Shown here: positions 37,297 to 45,847 of the stretch, piece by piece
How positions within the stretch are numbered: the stretch's first letter is position 1
Layout of the letters: every line of letters begins with the position of its first letter
From: Oscillospiraceae bacterium
GTDB taxonomy: Bacteria > Bacillota > Clostridia > Oscillospirales > Ruminococcaceae
Direction: 5' to 3'
Length of the DNA stretch: 64,000 nucleotides
NCBI GenBank assembly: GCA_022770625.1
Contig: JALEHK010000022.1
Span: 23,800 to 87,799, forward strand
Made by a program: the position numbers and the translations under genes
The notes under the pieces: model-generated
Told to the model about the DNA's origin: nothing
The model's database searches: none
Seen by the model: the letters and a program-made list of their open reading frames with translations, nothing else

Positions 37297-37344
37297 CAAA
37301 AAATCCTCTGTCCTCGTACAAAAGACGAGAACAGGGGATTTTTG
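37297..37344. terminator. bidirectional terminator between convergent genes
   Basis: AATCCTCTGTCCTCGT / ACGAGAACAGGGGATT stem, flanked by an A-run and a T-run. Confidence 0.75.
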
Positions 37345-37353
37345 CATGGCTTT

Positions 37354-38007
37354 TTAATATTTAACGATCCAGTTTTCTCCGGTGATTCCGGCGAACGCGC
37401 CGTTTTCCAGAAGTTCCTTGCAGTCCTCATGCGCCAAAAGCCACTTGTTGTTGGCGGTCAGACGGCTGTCCTCATGCTCCTTGGTAAGTGCCGTGTTGGT
37501 TCCCTTGGGCAGGCAGACCAGGCATTTAAAGCCTTTGTCGCTCACCTGGCAGGGGCAGTAGTGAAGGGTCGTGCCGTAGACTTCGATCGCTTCGCCGGGA
37601 TTTAAGACAAATGCCTTGACCTTATCTGCATCCAGCTTCCCGTCCTCCAGATCGAAGAGCGTCGCCAGTAAAAGAACCAGCGGTTCGCCGACCGCGAGGT
37701 TGATCTCGCTGCCCTGATGCCATTCGAGGGCGTTCATCTGAGAGTTATACCCCCAGCAGCAGCCCGCCTGAGAAGGCATCTCGCCGTAGAGAACGCGGGA
37801 GACTTCAGCGGCCGAAGGACAGGCTTCGAGCGAAGGGATCGACGGCTCATAGGCGCTCTTCCCGGCTTCCGGCATCGGAAGCGCCGCGACTGCCTCTCCG
37901 AGATCGGAAAGATCCATTTTCACGACCCGTCCGTAGGCCTTGAATTCGGGATCGTTTACCGAATAAAAGGAAAGACCGGGATTTTTTTCTTTCAGTGCTT
38001 CAAACAT
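37354..38007 (-). CDS. hypothetical protein, cupin/ureidoglycolate-lyase-like fold (possibly DUF4867)
   Basis: 217 aa from ATG 38007 (GCAGGAGG 9 nt upstream). The family assignment is from memory only. Confidence 0.5.
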   Translation of the reverse strand: MFEALKEKNPGLSFYSVNDPEFKAYGRVVKMDLSDLGEAVAALPMPEAGKSAYEPSIPSLEACPSAAEVSRVLYGEMPSQAGCCWGYNSQMNALEWHQGSEINLAVGEPLVLLLATLFDLEDGKLDADKVKAFVLNPGEAIEVYGTTLHYCPCQVSDKGFKCLVCLPKGTNTALTKEHEDSRLTANNKWLLAHEDCKELLENGAFAGITGENWIVKY

Positions 38008-38171
38008 AGGTGATAACCTCCTGCTGATAATCCGTTTTCCGTGCTCCTGCACGGTCTACCCCTATTATACTCCCGTATCCGCTGAATTGCAAGAAAAGAG
38101 TTTATTGATCGAGTGGAACACGGAAGAAACGCTTTCTGATCATAAAGGAATTGCCGTCCGTCTGGTTTATT

Positions 38172-38206
38172 AAAAAAATACCCCCGTATGTTTGACCATA
38201 CGGGGG
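38172..38206 (-). terminator. Rho-independent terminator of the oadB/oadG-like operon
   Basis: CCCCCGTATG / CATACGGGGG stem; on the minus strand a T-run follows (plus-strand A-run 38172-38178). Confidence 0.85.
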
Positions 38207-38220
38207 ATTGCTGTACCGCT

Positions 38221-38346
38221 TTATTTCTTATTGCCCGCTTTGTTGAGAACCGTAATCACGATAGCGATGATCGCCATTACGATGAAAACGCCGAGCATAC
38301 CCTTCCCCAGAACGGAAAGGCTTTGTGCAAACAGAGAAACGTTCAT
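38221..38346 (-). CDS. OadG-like small membrane subunit (41 aa), not in the ORF track
   Basis: MNVSLFAQSLSVLGKGMLGVFIVMAIIAIVITVLNKAGNKK: a single TM helix and RBS AAAGGAG 8 nt upstream. It starts 24 nt downstream of oadB. Resembles the decarboxylase gamma/OadG family. Confidence 0.6.
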   Translation of the reverse strand: MNVSLFAQSLSVLGKGMLGVFIVMAIIAIVITVLNKAGNKK

Positions 38347-38370
38347 GAATGGATCTCCTTTCTGTTACCG

Positions 38371-39489
38371 TTAGCGTGCGATGAGGTTGAGGATCATGCC
38401 GCCCGCGATGACACTTGCAATCTGACCGCCGACATTGACGCCCGCCGCCTGCATCAGCAGGTAGTTCGCGTTGTCCTCTTTGATGGCCATCTTGCTGATA
38501 ACACGGCTGCTCATCGGGAAGGCCGAGATGCCGCAGGCACCGATCATCGGGTTGACCTTCTTGCCTTCGGGAAGGAAGATGTTGAGGATCTTGGCGAAGA
38601 GAACGCCTCCGAAGGTGTCAAAGACAAAGGCCAGAAGTCCGAGTGCGAGGATAAGGAGCGTCTGGGGATTGAGGAACTGCTCTGCCTGCATCTGACATGC
38701 GACCGTAAGACCGAGGAAAATCGTGATGAGGTTTGCGAGAACGTTTTGCGCCGTCTGGGAGAGAGAGTCGAGTACGCCGCATTCCCGCAGAAGGTTGCCG
38801 AACATCAGGAATCCGACCAGTGCGACCGATCTGGGAACGATCAGACCCGCGATCAGCGTAACGATGACCGGGAAGAGGATCCGGGTCGTCTTGGAAACGT
38901 TGGAAGCGGAATACTTCATGTGGATCGTCCGCTCTTTCTTGGTGGTGATGGCCTTGATGACCGGGGGCTGAATGATCGGAACGAGCGCCATGTAGCTGTA
39001 CGCCGCGACAAGGATCGCGCCGGTGTACTGGCTGTCAAAATACTGGCTGACAAAGATCGCGGTCGGACCGTCAGCAGCGCCGATGACGCCGATCGAAGCC
39101 GCGTCCTGGATGCTGAACCCGAAAAGACATGCGAGACTCATGACCGCGAAAACGCCGAGCTGCGCCGCCGCACCGAAGATCAGAAGATACGGGCTTTGAA
39201 GCAGCGGCCCGAAGTCGATCATCGCACCGATGCCGATAAAGAGCAGCAGCGGGAAAAGCTCGTTCGCGATACCCGCGTCATACAAAACGTTTAAGACGCC
39301 GACCTCGCTTCCCTGTGTAATTGCGCCGGAGGAGGGGAGGTTGACGAGAATCGCACCGAACCCCATCGGAAGAAGAAGTCCCGGCTCCATATCCTTCTTG
39401 ATCGCAAGATAGATCAGGATGCCGCCGACAATCCACATGATGACCTGCTTATAGTTGAGAAGCAGGAAATTTCCGAAGATTTCTTCCAT
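38371..39489 (-). CDS. sodium ion-translocating decarboxylase, beta subunit (OadB/GcdB/MmdB family)
   Basis: 372-aa polytopic protein with ...LYLAIKKDMEPGLLLPMGFGAILVNLP... and ...GAADGPTAIF... segments characteristic of the family. I prefer ATG 39489. Confidence 0.9.
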   Translation of the reverse strand: MEEIFGNFLLLNYKQVIMWIVGGILIYLAIKKDMEPGLLLPMGFGAILVNLPSSGAITQGSEVGVLNVLYDAGIANELFPLLLFIGIGAMIDFGPLLQSPYLLIFGAAAQLGVFAVMSLACLFGFSIQDAASIGVIGAADGPTAIFVSQYFDSQYTGAILVAAYSYMALVPIIQPPVIKAITTKKERTIHMKYSASNVSKTTRILFPVIVTLIAGLIVPRSVALVGFLMFGNLLRECGVLDSLSQTAQNVLANLITIFLGLTVACQMQAEQFLNPQTLLILALGLLAFVFDTFGGVLFAKILNIFLPEGKKVNPMIGACGISAFPMSSRVISKMAIKEDNANYLLMQAAGVNVGGQIASVIAGGMILNLIAR

Positions 39490-39739
39490 GAATAAAATCA
39501 TCCTTTCTTTTGGAGAGGGTCTTTTGGCATAAAAAAAGACTTTTCCGCGCCCTAAAACGCAGAAAAGTCTTGCATTCACAAGCGGCTGCGGGAAATCGTC
39601 CGCTTACCGGTGCGATTTCCGTCCTGACGCATACCGCCAGTCTTTATGTTCTTCCGAAAACAAAAGACCTGCTACTCCCTTTTCAATGCACTCATTATAG
39701 CACAGCCTCGCAGAAAAAGTAAAGAGAAAAAAACGATCC

Positions 39740-40318
39740 GTGGGAAAATTTTTGCCTGTCCTCCGGGAAATATGCTATACTGAAAAAACAGCAATTTTTT
39801 TCTCCATAGGCAACATTTTGATCTGCTCATCTGTAGACTGCGCGGCGGCCGAGCGGGCGCTCAAGGTATACGGCGACCAGATCCTCCGGCTCTGCTACTC
39901 CTACCTGCACAATATGGATGATGCCGAAGAGATGCTTCAGGAAACGCTGATCAAACGGATGACCGCCGCGCCTTCCTTCTGCGAACCGGAGCATGAAAAG
40001 GCATGGCTTTTCCGTGTCGCCGCCAACCTCTGCAAGAATAAGCTGGACTACGAGAGCCGCCGGAGAGGGGAGAATATCGACCAACTGAGCGAGACCCTTT
40101 CAGATGAAGGAAGGGAAGACCTTTCGTTTGTATGGGACGCGGTCAAAAGCCTTCCGCCCGGAATAAGAGAGGTCGTTCATCTCTATTACCACGAAGGCTT
40201 CCCGACCGCACAGATTGCGCGTATCCTTGGAAAGAACGAATCCTCCGTCCGCTCCGCCCTACGCAAGGGACGGTTAAAACTCCAGAATATCCTGAAGGAG
40301 GCGTATGACTTTGACTAA
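39740..40318 (+). CDS. RNA polymerase sigma factor, sigma-70/ECF family
   Basis: Region 2 (DAEEMLQETLIKRM..., AWLFRVAANLCKNKL) and region 4 (REVVHLYYHEGFPTAQIARILGKNESSVRSALRKGRLKL). The true start is uncertain (GTG 39740 or TTG 39818). Confidence 0.8.
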   Translation: MGKFLPVLREICYTEKTAIFFSIGNILICSSVDCAAAERALKVYGDQILRLCYSYLHNMDDAEEMLQETLIKRMTAAPSFCEPEHEKAWLFRVAANLCKNKLDYESRRRGENIDQLSETLSDEGREDLSFVWDAVKSLPPGIREVVHLYYHEGFPTAQIARILGKNESSVRSALRKGRLKLQNILKEAYDFD

Positions 40319-40973
40319 ATACGATGAGATTATGGATCATATCCATGTCACCGAAGAAATGTCCGAGCGGATTACCGCGAACCTGCGCCGCACGTCGGTC
40401 GCCCCGGTCAGACAGACCCCTCCCTCCCGGAAATGGATTCGGAAGATCGTATCGGCGGCCGCTTGTCTGATGGTTCTGATTGCTGGCGCGGCGGTTCTCC
40501 CCTCGATCCTTAAGCCCGCCGACAACATCGGCGTCGATCCGGGCTTAAGCATCGGCGCCTCCCAACCCGGTTCGTCAGACCTGACCCAAGCTGTACCTGA
40601 CATCGAGACGTGCACCTCCCTCTCCGAGCTTTCGGAAACGGTCGGCTTTGCCGTCAAGGAACCCTCCCTTCCTTTTACGCCGGAACAAACCGAGTATACT
40701 TCCTACTGGCATGATCTGGCGCAGATCGAATATACCGCCGGCGGAAAGACCGCGCTCTACCGGATGAGCCTCGGAACGGAGGACAACAGCGGCGATTATA
40801 ACGCCTACGAAGAAACCGTCTCGATGGACGCGGACGGCCTTTCGCTTACCCTCAAAGGAGACGAAAGCGGCTATACCCTCGGCGTCTGGACGGATGGAAG
40901 CTACAGCTACTCTCTTTCCCTTTCGGAAGCGCTTTCCGAAGCGGATTGGCTGACCCTGATAAACGGAAAATAA
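40305..40973 (+). CDS. putative anti-sigma factor (single-pass membrane protein with an extracytoplasmic domain)
   Basis: Overlaps the sigma gene by 14 nt. RBS GAAGGAGG, cytoplasmic N-terminus, TM helix AAACLMVLIAGAAVLP, and an external domain of about 150 aa. Confidence 0.55.
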   Translation: MTLTKYDEIMDHIHVTEEMSERITANLRRTSVAPVRQTPPSRKWIRKIVSAAACLMVLIAGAAVLPSILKPADNIGVDPGLSIGASQPGSSDLTQAVPDIETCTSLSELSETVGFAVKEPSLPFTPEQTEYTSYWHDLAQIEYTAGGKTALYRMSLGTEDNSGDYNAYEETVSMDADGLSLTLKGDESGYTLGVWTDGSYSYSLSLSEALSEADWLTLINGK

Positions 40974-40991
40974 CGGATTTCTCCTTAAAAA

Positions 40992-41036
40992 GAGCACATT
41001 CATGCGGGTTTTATCCCAAAATGAATGTGCTTTTTA
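40992..41036 (+). terminator. Rho-independent terminator
   Basis: GCACATTCAT (40994-41003) / ATGAATGTGC (41021-41030), followed by TTTTT. Confidence 0.85.
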
Positions 41037-41148
41037 TCTTTTTGTCCGGCAGAGCATTTCTTAAAATTTGATTTGTGAAAAAATCGTTACATTTTTTAAA
41101 TTTCGTTGCCCATTATCCCCACTTTATGGTACAATATTCACATAACAT

Positions 41149-41457
41149 GTGATCGCCAATCAGGGCTATTCCGAACTGGTGATGGACGCGGCACGAAAAG
41201 CGGGCGCGGGCGGCGGAACCGTCATCCACGCCAAAGGAACCGGCCTTGAACGGGCGGAGCAGTTTTTAGGCGTGTCGATCGCATCGGAAAAAGAGATGCT
41301 TTTTATCGTCGTCAAGACCGAGCTGAAAAACGACGTCATGCGTTCGGTTATGAAGGACGCGGGACTTGAAAGCAAGGCCAAAAGCATCCTCTTCTCTCTT
41401 CCCGTCACCGATACGGCGGGACTCCGGCTTTCGGAAGCGCTGGAGGAAGAAAAATAA
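41149..41457 (+). CDS. P-II-like (nitrogen regulatory protein P-II family fold) small protein, short N-terminus
   Basis: (M)IANQGYSELVMDAARKAGAGGGTVIHAKGTG...EKEMLFIVV... resembles P-II-like proteins of Firmicutes. GTG start with no visible RBS, and an in-frame TAA two codons upstream. Confidence 0.55.
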   Translation: MIANQGYSELVMDAARKAGAGGGTVIHAKGTGLERAEQFLGVSIASEKEMLFIVVKTELKNDVMRSVMKDAGLESKAKSILFSLPVTDTAGLRLSEALEEEK

Positions 41458-41467
41458 TCGTTCCGGG

Positions 41468-41511
41468 GGCCGGACTTTCCTTTTTGTGAGGAAGGCCCGG
41501 CTTTTTCTTTT
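41468..41511 (+). terminator. Rho-independent terminator
   Basis: GCCGGACTTTCC / GGAAGGCCCGGC imperfect stem with TTTTTCTTTT. Confidence 0.6.
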
Positions 41512-41631
41512 CATAATCTGTAAACCGGTGCCGAATCATGCACCAAACCCCGCGCGGATGTCCTTTGATGCTGGACAAACCCCTGCACATCCTGTATAAT
41601 AAAAAGAAAAGACGGCGAAAGGGGCGGAAGC

Positions 41632-42414
41632 ATGGAAACGGGAGAGAAATTCAAAAAAGCGGTGATCGGCGGCTTTGATAAGACCGACGTTATGAATTAC
41701 TTTGAAAAGACACAGAAAAAGCACCGGGAAGAGATCCAGGCGCTGAAAAACGAATTGAACCGGCAGGGCGGCCGGATCCAGTCGCTTCAGGATCAGTGCG
41801 GCGAGCAGTCGGAGACAATCTCCGATCTGAAGGTGCAGCTTTCGGCGGCGGAAGAAAACGGAGAAGCGCTTTCTTTGAGCAATTCCGCCCTTCAGAAGAA
41901 AAACGAAGCCCTTCAGCGGGAACTTTCCGCTCAGAAGGCGGTTGGCACCGAACTCCAGATGAAGAAGAATGTCCTCGAGGAAAACCTCCGGCAGGAAACG
42001 GCGAAAAATGCCGAACTGAAGGCGGAACTGGATGATCTGACCGCGCGCTTTGCCGAGCGGACAGGGATCGAGATCGGGGAACTGCTGATCGAAGCCAAAG
42101 TCAACGCCAGAAAGATCATCGAAAAGGCAAAAGCCGACGCTGAGCAGATCCGTACCGAGATCGGCGGGGAATGTGGAGAGGCGGAAAAGCGCTTCTCGGG
42201 TCTCAACGATCAGCTTGGAAGCGTCGAGGAGCATTTTCGTGCCGTTTCGGAGGAAACGATCGCCGGTCTGGAAGCGGTTCGGAAGGAGCTTTCCGAGGTT
42301 CAGATTTCGATCGCGTTCCGTTCGGACGAGATGGAAAAGAAAACTAAGGCGTTAAACGCCGACCAGTCGATGATCCCGGAGCCGGAAAACTTTTTCAAAA
42401 AGGAAAACGGCTGA
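41632..42414 (+). CDS. DivIVA-domain coiled-coil protein
   Basis: N-terminal FKKAVIGGFDKTDVMNYF matches the DivIVA F..x..GY.x.EVD.FL signature. The rest is heptad-rich and Glu/Lys/Ala/Leu-rich. Confidence 0.7.
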   Translation: METGEKFKKAVIGGFDKTDVMNYFEKTQKKHREEIQALKNELNRQGGRIQSLQDQCGEQSETISDLKVQLSAAEENGEALSLSNSALQKKNEALQRELSAQKAVGTELQMKKNVLEENLRQETAKNAELKAELDDLTARFAERTGIEIGELLIEAKVNARKIIEKAKADAEQIRTEIGGECGEAEKRFSGLNDQLGSVEEHFRAVSEETIAGLEAVRKELSEVQISIAFRSDEMEKKTKALNADQSMIPEPENFFKKENG

Positions 42415-42495
42415 CGGATTCGTGATAAGGGCGGAGTGGAAGACTCTGCCCGTTTTTGCGCTCGAAAAATTATCTTGAAAGGAGTCTGTACTCCC

Positions 42496-43854
42496 TTGAA
42501 ACGATCTCTTTTTAAAGACCGCGATTTTTATAAAACGCTGGTTACGCTGATGCTGCCGATGGTGGCGCAGAACCTGATTACCCTCGCGGCGCAGATGATG
42601 GACTCGCTGATGCTCGGAAAGATCGGCCAGACCGAGCTTTCCGCCTCGTCGCTCGCCAACCAGCCCTTTTTTATCTTTAACCTTCTGATCTTTGGCATGG
42701 CCTCCGGCTCGAGCGTCTTAAACGCCCAGTTCTGGGGCAAGCGGGACACCCGTTCGATCAAGATCGTCATTTCGATCTGCTTAAAAGTAGCGTTGACTGT
42801 CAGTATCCTTCTGGGCGCGGCGGTCATGATCTTCCCCGAAACGGTCATGCGGATCTACACCAACGACCCCGAGATCATCGCGGCCGGTATCGAGTACCTG
42901 CGGATTATCGGCTGGTGCTATATCTTTTTCGGCCTTTCCAACACCCTTCTGACGACCATTCGAAGCGTCGGCATCGTCCGGATTGCGGTCATCGATTCGA
43001 TCTTCTCGCTGGTCTGCAACATCAGCCTTAACTATATCCCGATCTTCGGCCACCTCGGCTTCCCGGCGATGGGTATCCGCGGCGCCGCGCTCGCGACCGT
43101 CATCACCCGTATCGGGGACGCCGCTATCGTCCTTTTCTACGTTCTGGTTCTCGATAAAAAGCTCCGCTTCCGGCCGCGCGATTTTCTTGATTTTGATATG
43201 AGATTGCTCAAAAACTATCTTAAAAACGGCCTTCCGGTCGCGTTTAACGAGGTTTTCTGGTCGGTCGGCGTTTCGATCCAGTCGATGGTGCTTGGGCGTC
43301 TCGGTTCTTCGGTCGTTTCCGCAAGCCAGATTGCTTCGATTGTCCAGCAGTTCTCGACCGTGCTGATTTTCGGCGTCGCCAACGCCGCCGCGATCATCAT
43401 CGGAAACGACATTGGAGCGGGACAGATGGACAGAGCCAAAGACCGCGTTTTCAAGTTTCGGATCATTGCGATTTTTCTCGGCCTTTTTGCGGCAGGACTA
43501 ATCCTTCTGCTTTCCGGCCCGGTCGTCAGTTTCTATAACGTGCCGGACGAGACAAAGACGCTCGCGATCGAGATGCTCCGGATTCTTTCGGTCATCGTCA
43601 TCTTTATCGCCCAGACCGGTATCGGCGTCGTCGGGCTTTTGCGCGGCGGCGGAGACCCGCGGTTTGCACTGTTTGTCGATCTGTTCGGACTCTGGGTCAT
43701 TGCGACTCCGGCGGCGCTGCTTTCGGCGTTTGTGTTCAAGGCCCCGGTCTTGGTCGTGTACGCCTGCACCCGTCTGGACGAACCGGTGAAGCTTCTGATG
43801 ATCCTCTGGCGGATGCGCAACAGCCACTGGATGAAAGACGTTACAGGCGAATGA
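42496..43854 (+). CDS. MATE family efflux transporter
   Basis: Twelve TM helices; N-terminus ..FYKTLVTLMLPMVAQNLITL..MDSLMLGKIG is typical of MATE. TTG 42496 follows AAAGGAG. Confidence 0.9.
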   Translation: MKRSLFKDRDFYKTLVTLMLPMVAQNLITLAAQMMDSLMLGKIGQTELSASSLANQPFFIFNLLIFGMASGSSVLNAQFWGKRDTRSIKIVISICLKVALTVSILLGAAVMIFPETVMRIYTNDPEIIAAGIEYLRIIGWCYIFFGLSNTLLTTIRSVGIVRIAVIDSIFSLVCNISLNYIPIFGHLGFPAMGIRGAALATVITRIGDAAIVLFYVLVLDKKLRFRPRDFLDFDMRLLKNYLKNGLPVAFNEVFWSVGVSIQSMVLGRLGSSVVSASQIASIVQQFSTVLIFGVANAAAIIIGNDIGAGQMDRAKDRVFKFRIIAIFLGLFAAGLILLLSGPVVSFYNVPDETKTLAIEMLRILSVIVIFIAQTGIGVVGLLRGGGDPRFALFVDLFGLWVIATPAALLSAFVFKAPVLVVYACTRLDEPVKLLMILWRMRNSHWMKDVTGE

Positions 43855-43897
43855 CGATTTTCCGAAAACGCATGTTTTAGAGCAGAAAGGAATGCTT

Positions 43898-44548
43898 ATG
43901 GACAGAAAAGAAAGGGCAATTGCGGCGGTTGAAGCGCTGAAAAAAGTATATCCGGATGCGCTCTGTTCGCTGAGCTATGAAAAGCCATATGAACTGCTGA
44001 TCTCGACGAGACTTTCGGCACAGTGCACCGATAAACGAGTCAATATTGTGACCCGTGAGCTGTACGCAAAATACCCGACCCTTCAGGCCATCGCCGACGC
44101 GCCGCTTGAAGAGATCGAAGAGATCATCCGCCCCTGCGGACTTTTCCATACCAAAGCCCGCGATATCAAAGGCCTTGCCGAAAAGCTGATCCGGGAGTAC
44201 GGCGGTGAGCTTCCCGATACGATGGAGGGGCTGACCTCGCTCCCCGGCGTCGGACGAAAGACCGCGAATCTCGTTCTCGGCGACGTTTTCGGAAAGCCCT
44301 GCATCGTAACCGATACCCACTGCATCCGTATCTGCGGGCGGCTGGGACTGTCGGAAGGAAAAGACCCCGTAAAAGTCGAACGTCAGCTCCGCGAGGTCAT
44401 TCCGCCTGATGAGGGCGGCGCTTTCTGCCACCGCCTTGTGATGTTCGGGCGGGACGTCTGTACCGCGAGAAAAGCGTGGTGTGAGAAATGTCCGATGGCG
44501 GATTTCTGCCCTTCCGCTTTCAAAACGGAGAAAAAAGCGGGGAAATGA
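43898..44548 (+). CDS. nth: endonuclease III
   Basis: HhH-GPD motif LPGVGRKTANLVL and a C-terminal Fe-S motif C-x6-C-x2-C-x5-C (CTARKAWCEKCPMADFC). Confidence 0.95.
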   Translation: MDRKERAIAAVEALKKVYPDALCSLSYEKPYELLISTRLSAQCTDKRVNIVTRELYAKYPTLQAIADAPLEEIEEIIRPCGLFHTKARDIKGLAEKLIREYGGELPDTMEGLTSLPGVGRKTANLVLGDVFGKPCIVTDTHCIRICGRLGLSEGKDPVKVERQLREVIPPDEGGAFCHRLVMFGRDVCTARKAWCEKCPMADFCPSAFKTEKKAGK

Positions 44549-44662
44549 CCCCGTTTGACCCCATCTTTTTACGAATTTCCCCTTGCACAACACAGTTTCG
44601 TCATGTATAATATTCTTGATACAGGTTTTATGCCTGCAACTACCTGAATTTGGAGGAAAAAA

Positions 44663-44989
44663 ATGAATTCTATCGCTTTGCTGACTGCTTCCGGAACCGA
44701 ATCCGCAAGCGCTCTTTCTCTGGTTGTTTCGATGCTCCCTCTGGTACTGGTCATCGTCATTATGTACTTCATGCTGATCCGCCCCCAGAAAAAGAAAGAA
44801 AAAGAAACCGCTAAAATGCGCAACAACCTTCAGGTCGGCGACGAGATCGTCACGGCTGGCGGCATTGTCGGCCGTGTCGTTTCTCTCAGAGAGGACACCC
44901 TTCTGATCGAGACCGGCTCCAACAACACCAAGATCCGGATCAAACGCTGGGCGATCCAGTCCTGCGAAACGATTCACGACGACGTCTGA
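44663..44989 (+). CDS. yajC: preprotein translocase subunit YajC
   Basis: MYFMLIRPQKKKEKE...LQVGDEIVTAGGIVGRVVSL signature; RBS GGAGGA. Confidence 0.9.
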   Translation: MNSIALLTASGTESASALSLVVSMLPLVLVIVIMYFMLIRPQKKKEKETAKMRNNLQVGDEIVTAGGIVGRVVSLREDTLLIETGSNNTKIRIKRWAIQSCETIHDDV

Positions 44990-45043
44990 TCCTGACCGGT
45001 TCCGCATATCCTGTACCACCTGAATATAAAGGGGAGTCGGGAT

Positions 45044-45538
45044 ATGAACAGGCGATCTTTTCTTCAGACAGTCCTTTTTCCGATCGGTCTGGCTCTGCTG
45101 TCGGGCGCGGCGGTTTTGTCGGGTACGATGCTTCTGACGGCTTTTTTGGCGGCAGAATGGAAAGCCGCCCCGGATAGCTGCCGGAAGCTCGTATATCTTC
45201 CTATTGCTTTGTCCGGATTGGCTGCCGGATGGACATCGGGACGGACATCGGGACGGACATCGGGACGGACATCGGGACGTTTGTCCGGGCGGATGCCGTC
45301 TGCGGATACGCTGCCGGATCGTTTGTCTCTTCCTGCGGTGGCTGCGGTCATGGCGGCGGCTTTTATCCTGATGGGTTTTTCCGCATCGGGATGGGCGGCG
45401 GACGCATGGCTGCGGGGGATTGCGGCGGCGCTTTCGGTTCTGATCGGAGGCTGTGCCGTCAAATCTGTCGGAAAAAGGCGAAAAATCAAGCCGGGAAAGG
45501 CTCATGTGCGGGTGCGCCCGCGCAGAAGGCCGTTATGA
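45044..45538 (+). CDS. hypothetical four-helix membrane protein with an internal GRTS repeat
   Basis: 164 aa, RBS AAAGGGGAG, hydrophobic helices, and a basic C-terminal tail. It sits between yajC and scfA. Confidence 0.6.
   Translation: MNRRSFLQTVLFPIGLALLSGAAVLSGTMLLTAFLAAEWKAAPDSCRKLVYLPIALSGLAAGWTSGRTSGRTSGRTSGRLSGRMPSADTLPDRLSLPAVAAVMAAAFILMGFSASGWAADAWLRGIAAALSVLIGGCAVKSVGKRRKIKPGKAHVRVRPRRRPL
45231..45278 (+). repeat. perfect 12-nt tandem repeat (GGACATCGGGAC x4) inside the membrane-protein CDS
   Basis: Four exact units at 45231-45278, flanked by degenerate copies. They encode (GRTS)n in frame. Confidence 0.9.
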
Positions 45539-45574
45539 GATATCCCAAATACATATGTAAAGGAGCGTTTCTCA

Positions 45575-45721
45575 ATGAAACACATTCAGTCTCTGAACAA
45601 GAGCAATCTGAAAGAGTCCGCTGCCAAGGGCGGATGCGGCGAGTGCCAGGCTTCCTGCCAGTCTGCTTGCAAGACTTCCTGCACCGTTGCGAACCAGAAG
45701 TGCGAGCACGAGGACAAATAA
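45575..45721 (+). CDS. scfA: SCIFF (six-cysteines-in-forty-five) radical-SAM-modified peptide precursor, not in the ORF track
   Basis: 48-aa ORF MKHIQSLNKSNLKESAAKGGCGECQASCQSACKTSCTVANQKCEHEDK. RBS AAAGGAG. The GGCGECQxSCQSACKTSC core is the SCIFF signature. Confidence 0.9.
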   Translation: MKHIQSLNKSNLKESAAKGGCGECQASCQSACKTSCTVANQKCEHEDK

Positions 45722-45748
45722 GTTCCTCTGATCCCGCTTTCGGGTGCA

Positions 45749-45778
45749 CCCCGCCCTTCGGCGGGGTTTTCGTTTGTT
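45749..45778 (+). terminator. intrinsic terminator/attenuator between scfA and scfB
   Basis: CCCCGCC-CTTC-GGCGGGG perfect hairpin (45749-45766), followed by TTTTCGTTTGTT. Confidence 0.7.
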
Positions 45779-45847
45779 ACCGGCGGCGCTTATGATAGGG
45801 CTGTCCGCCTTTGGAATATATGGAAAAAACAGGATGAAGGAGTTATT

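Noticed and set aside
20300-38100. The accessory island as a mobile element
   Set aside because: I looked for integrase, transposase or recombinase genes, flanking direct repeats and tRNA attachment sites, and found none. Codon style matches the rest of the window. I therefore treat it as a metabolic island of unknown mobility.
45231-45278. Possible CRISPR-like or other spaced repeat array
   Set aside because: The units are contiguous 12-mers with no spacers, and they lie inside a CDS. This is a microsatellite-type tandem repeat, not a CRISPR array. No CRISPR array is present anywhere in the window.
43877-45505. 542-aa minus-strand ORF
   Set aside because: It runs antisense across nth, yajC and the membrane-protein gene, including their intergenic promoters. 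Its translation is Arg/Ser/Pro-rich low complexity.
45229-45795. 188-aa plus-strand ORF crossing the tandem repeat and the SCIFF gene
   Set aside because: It is an alternative frame of the membrane-protein gene that runs through scfA. The SCIFF frame and the membrane-protein frame both have RBSs and recognisable products.
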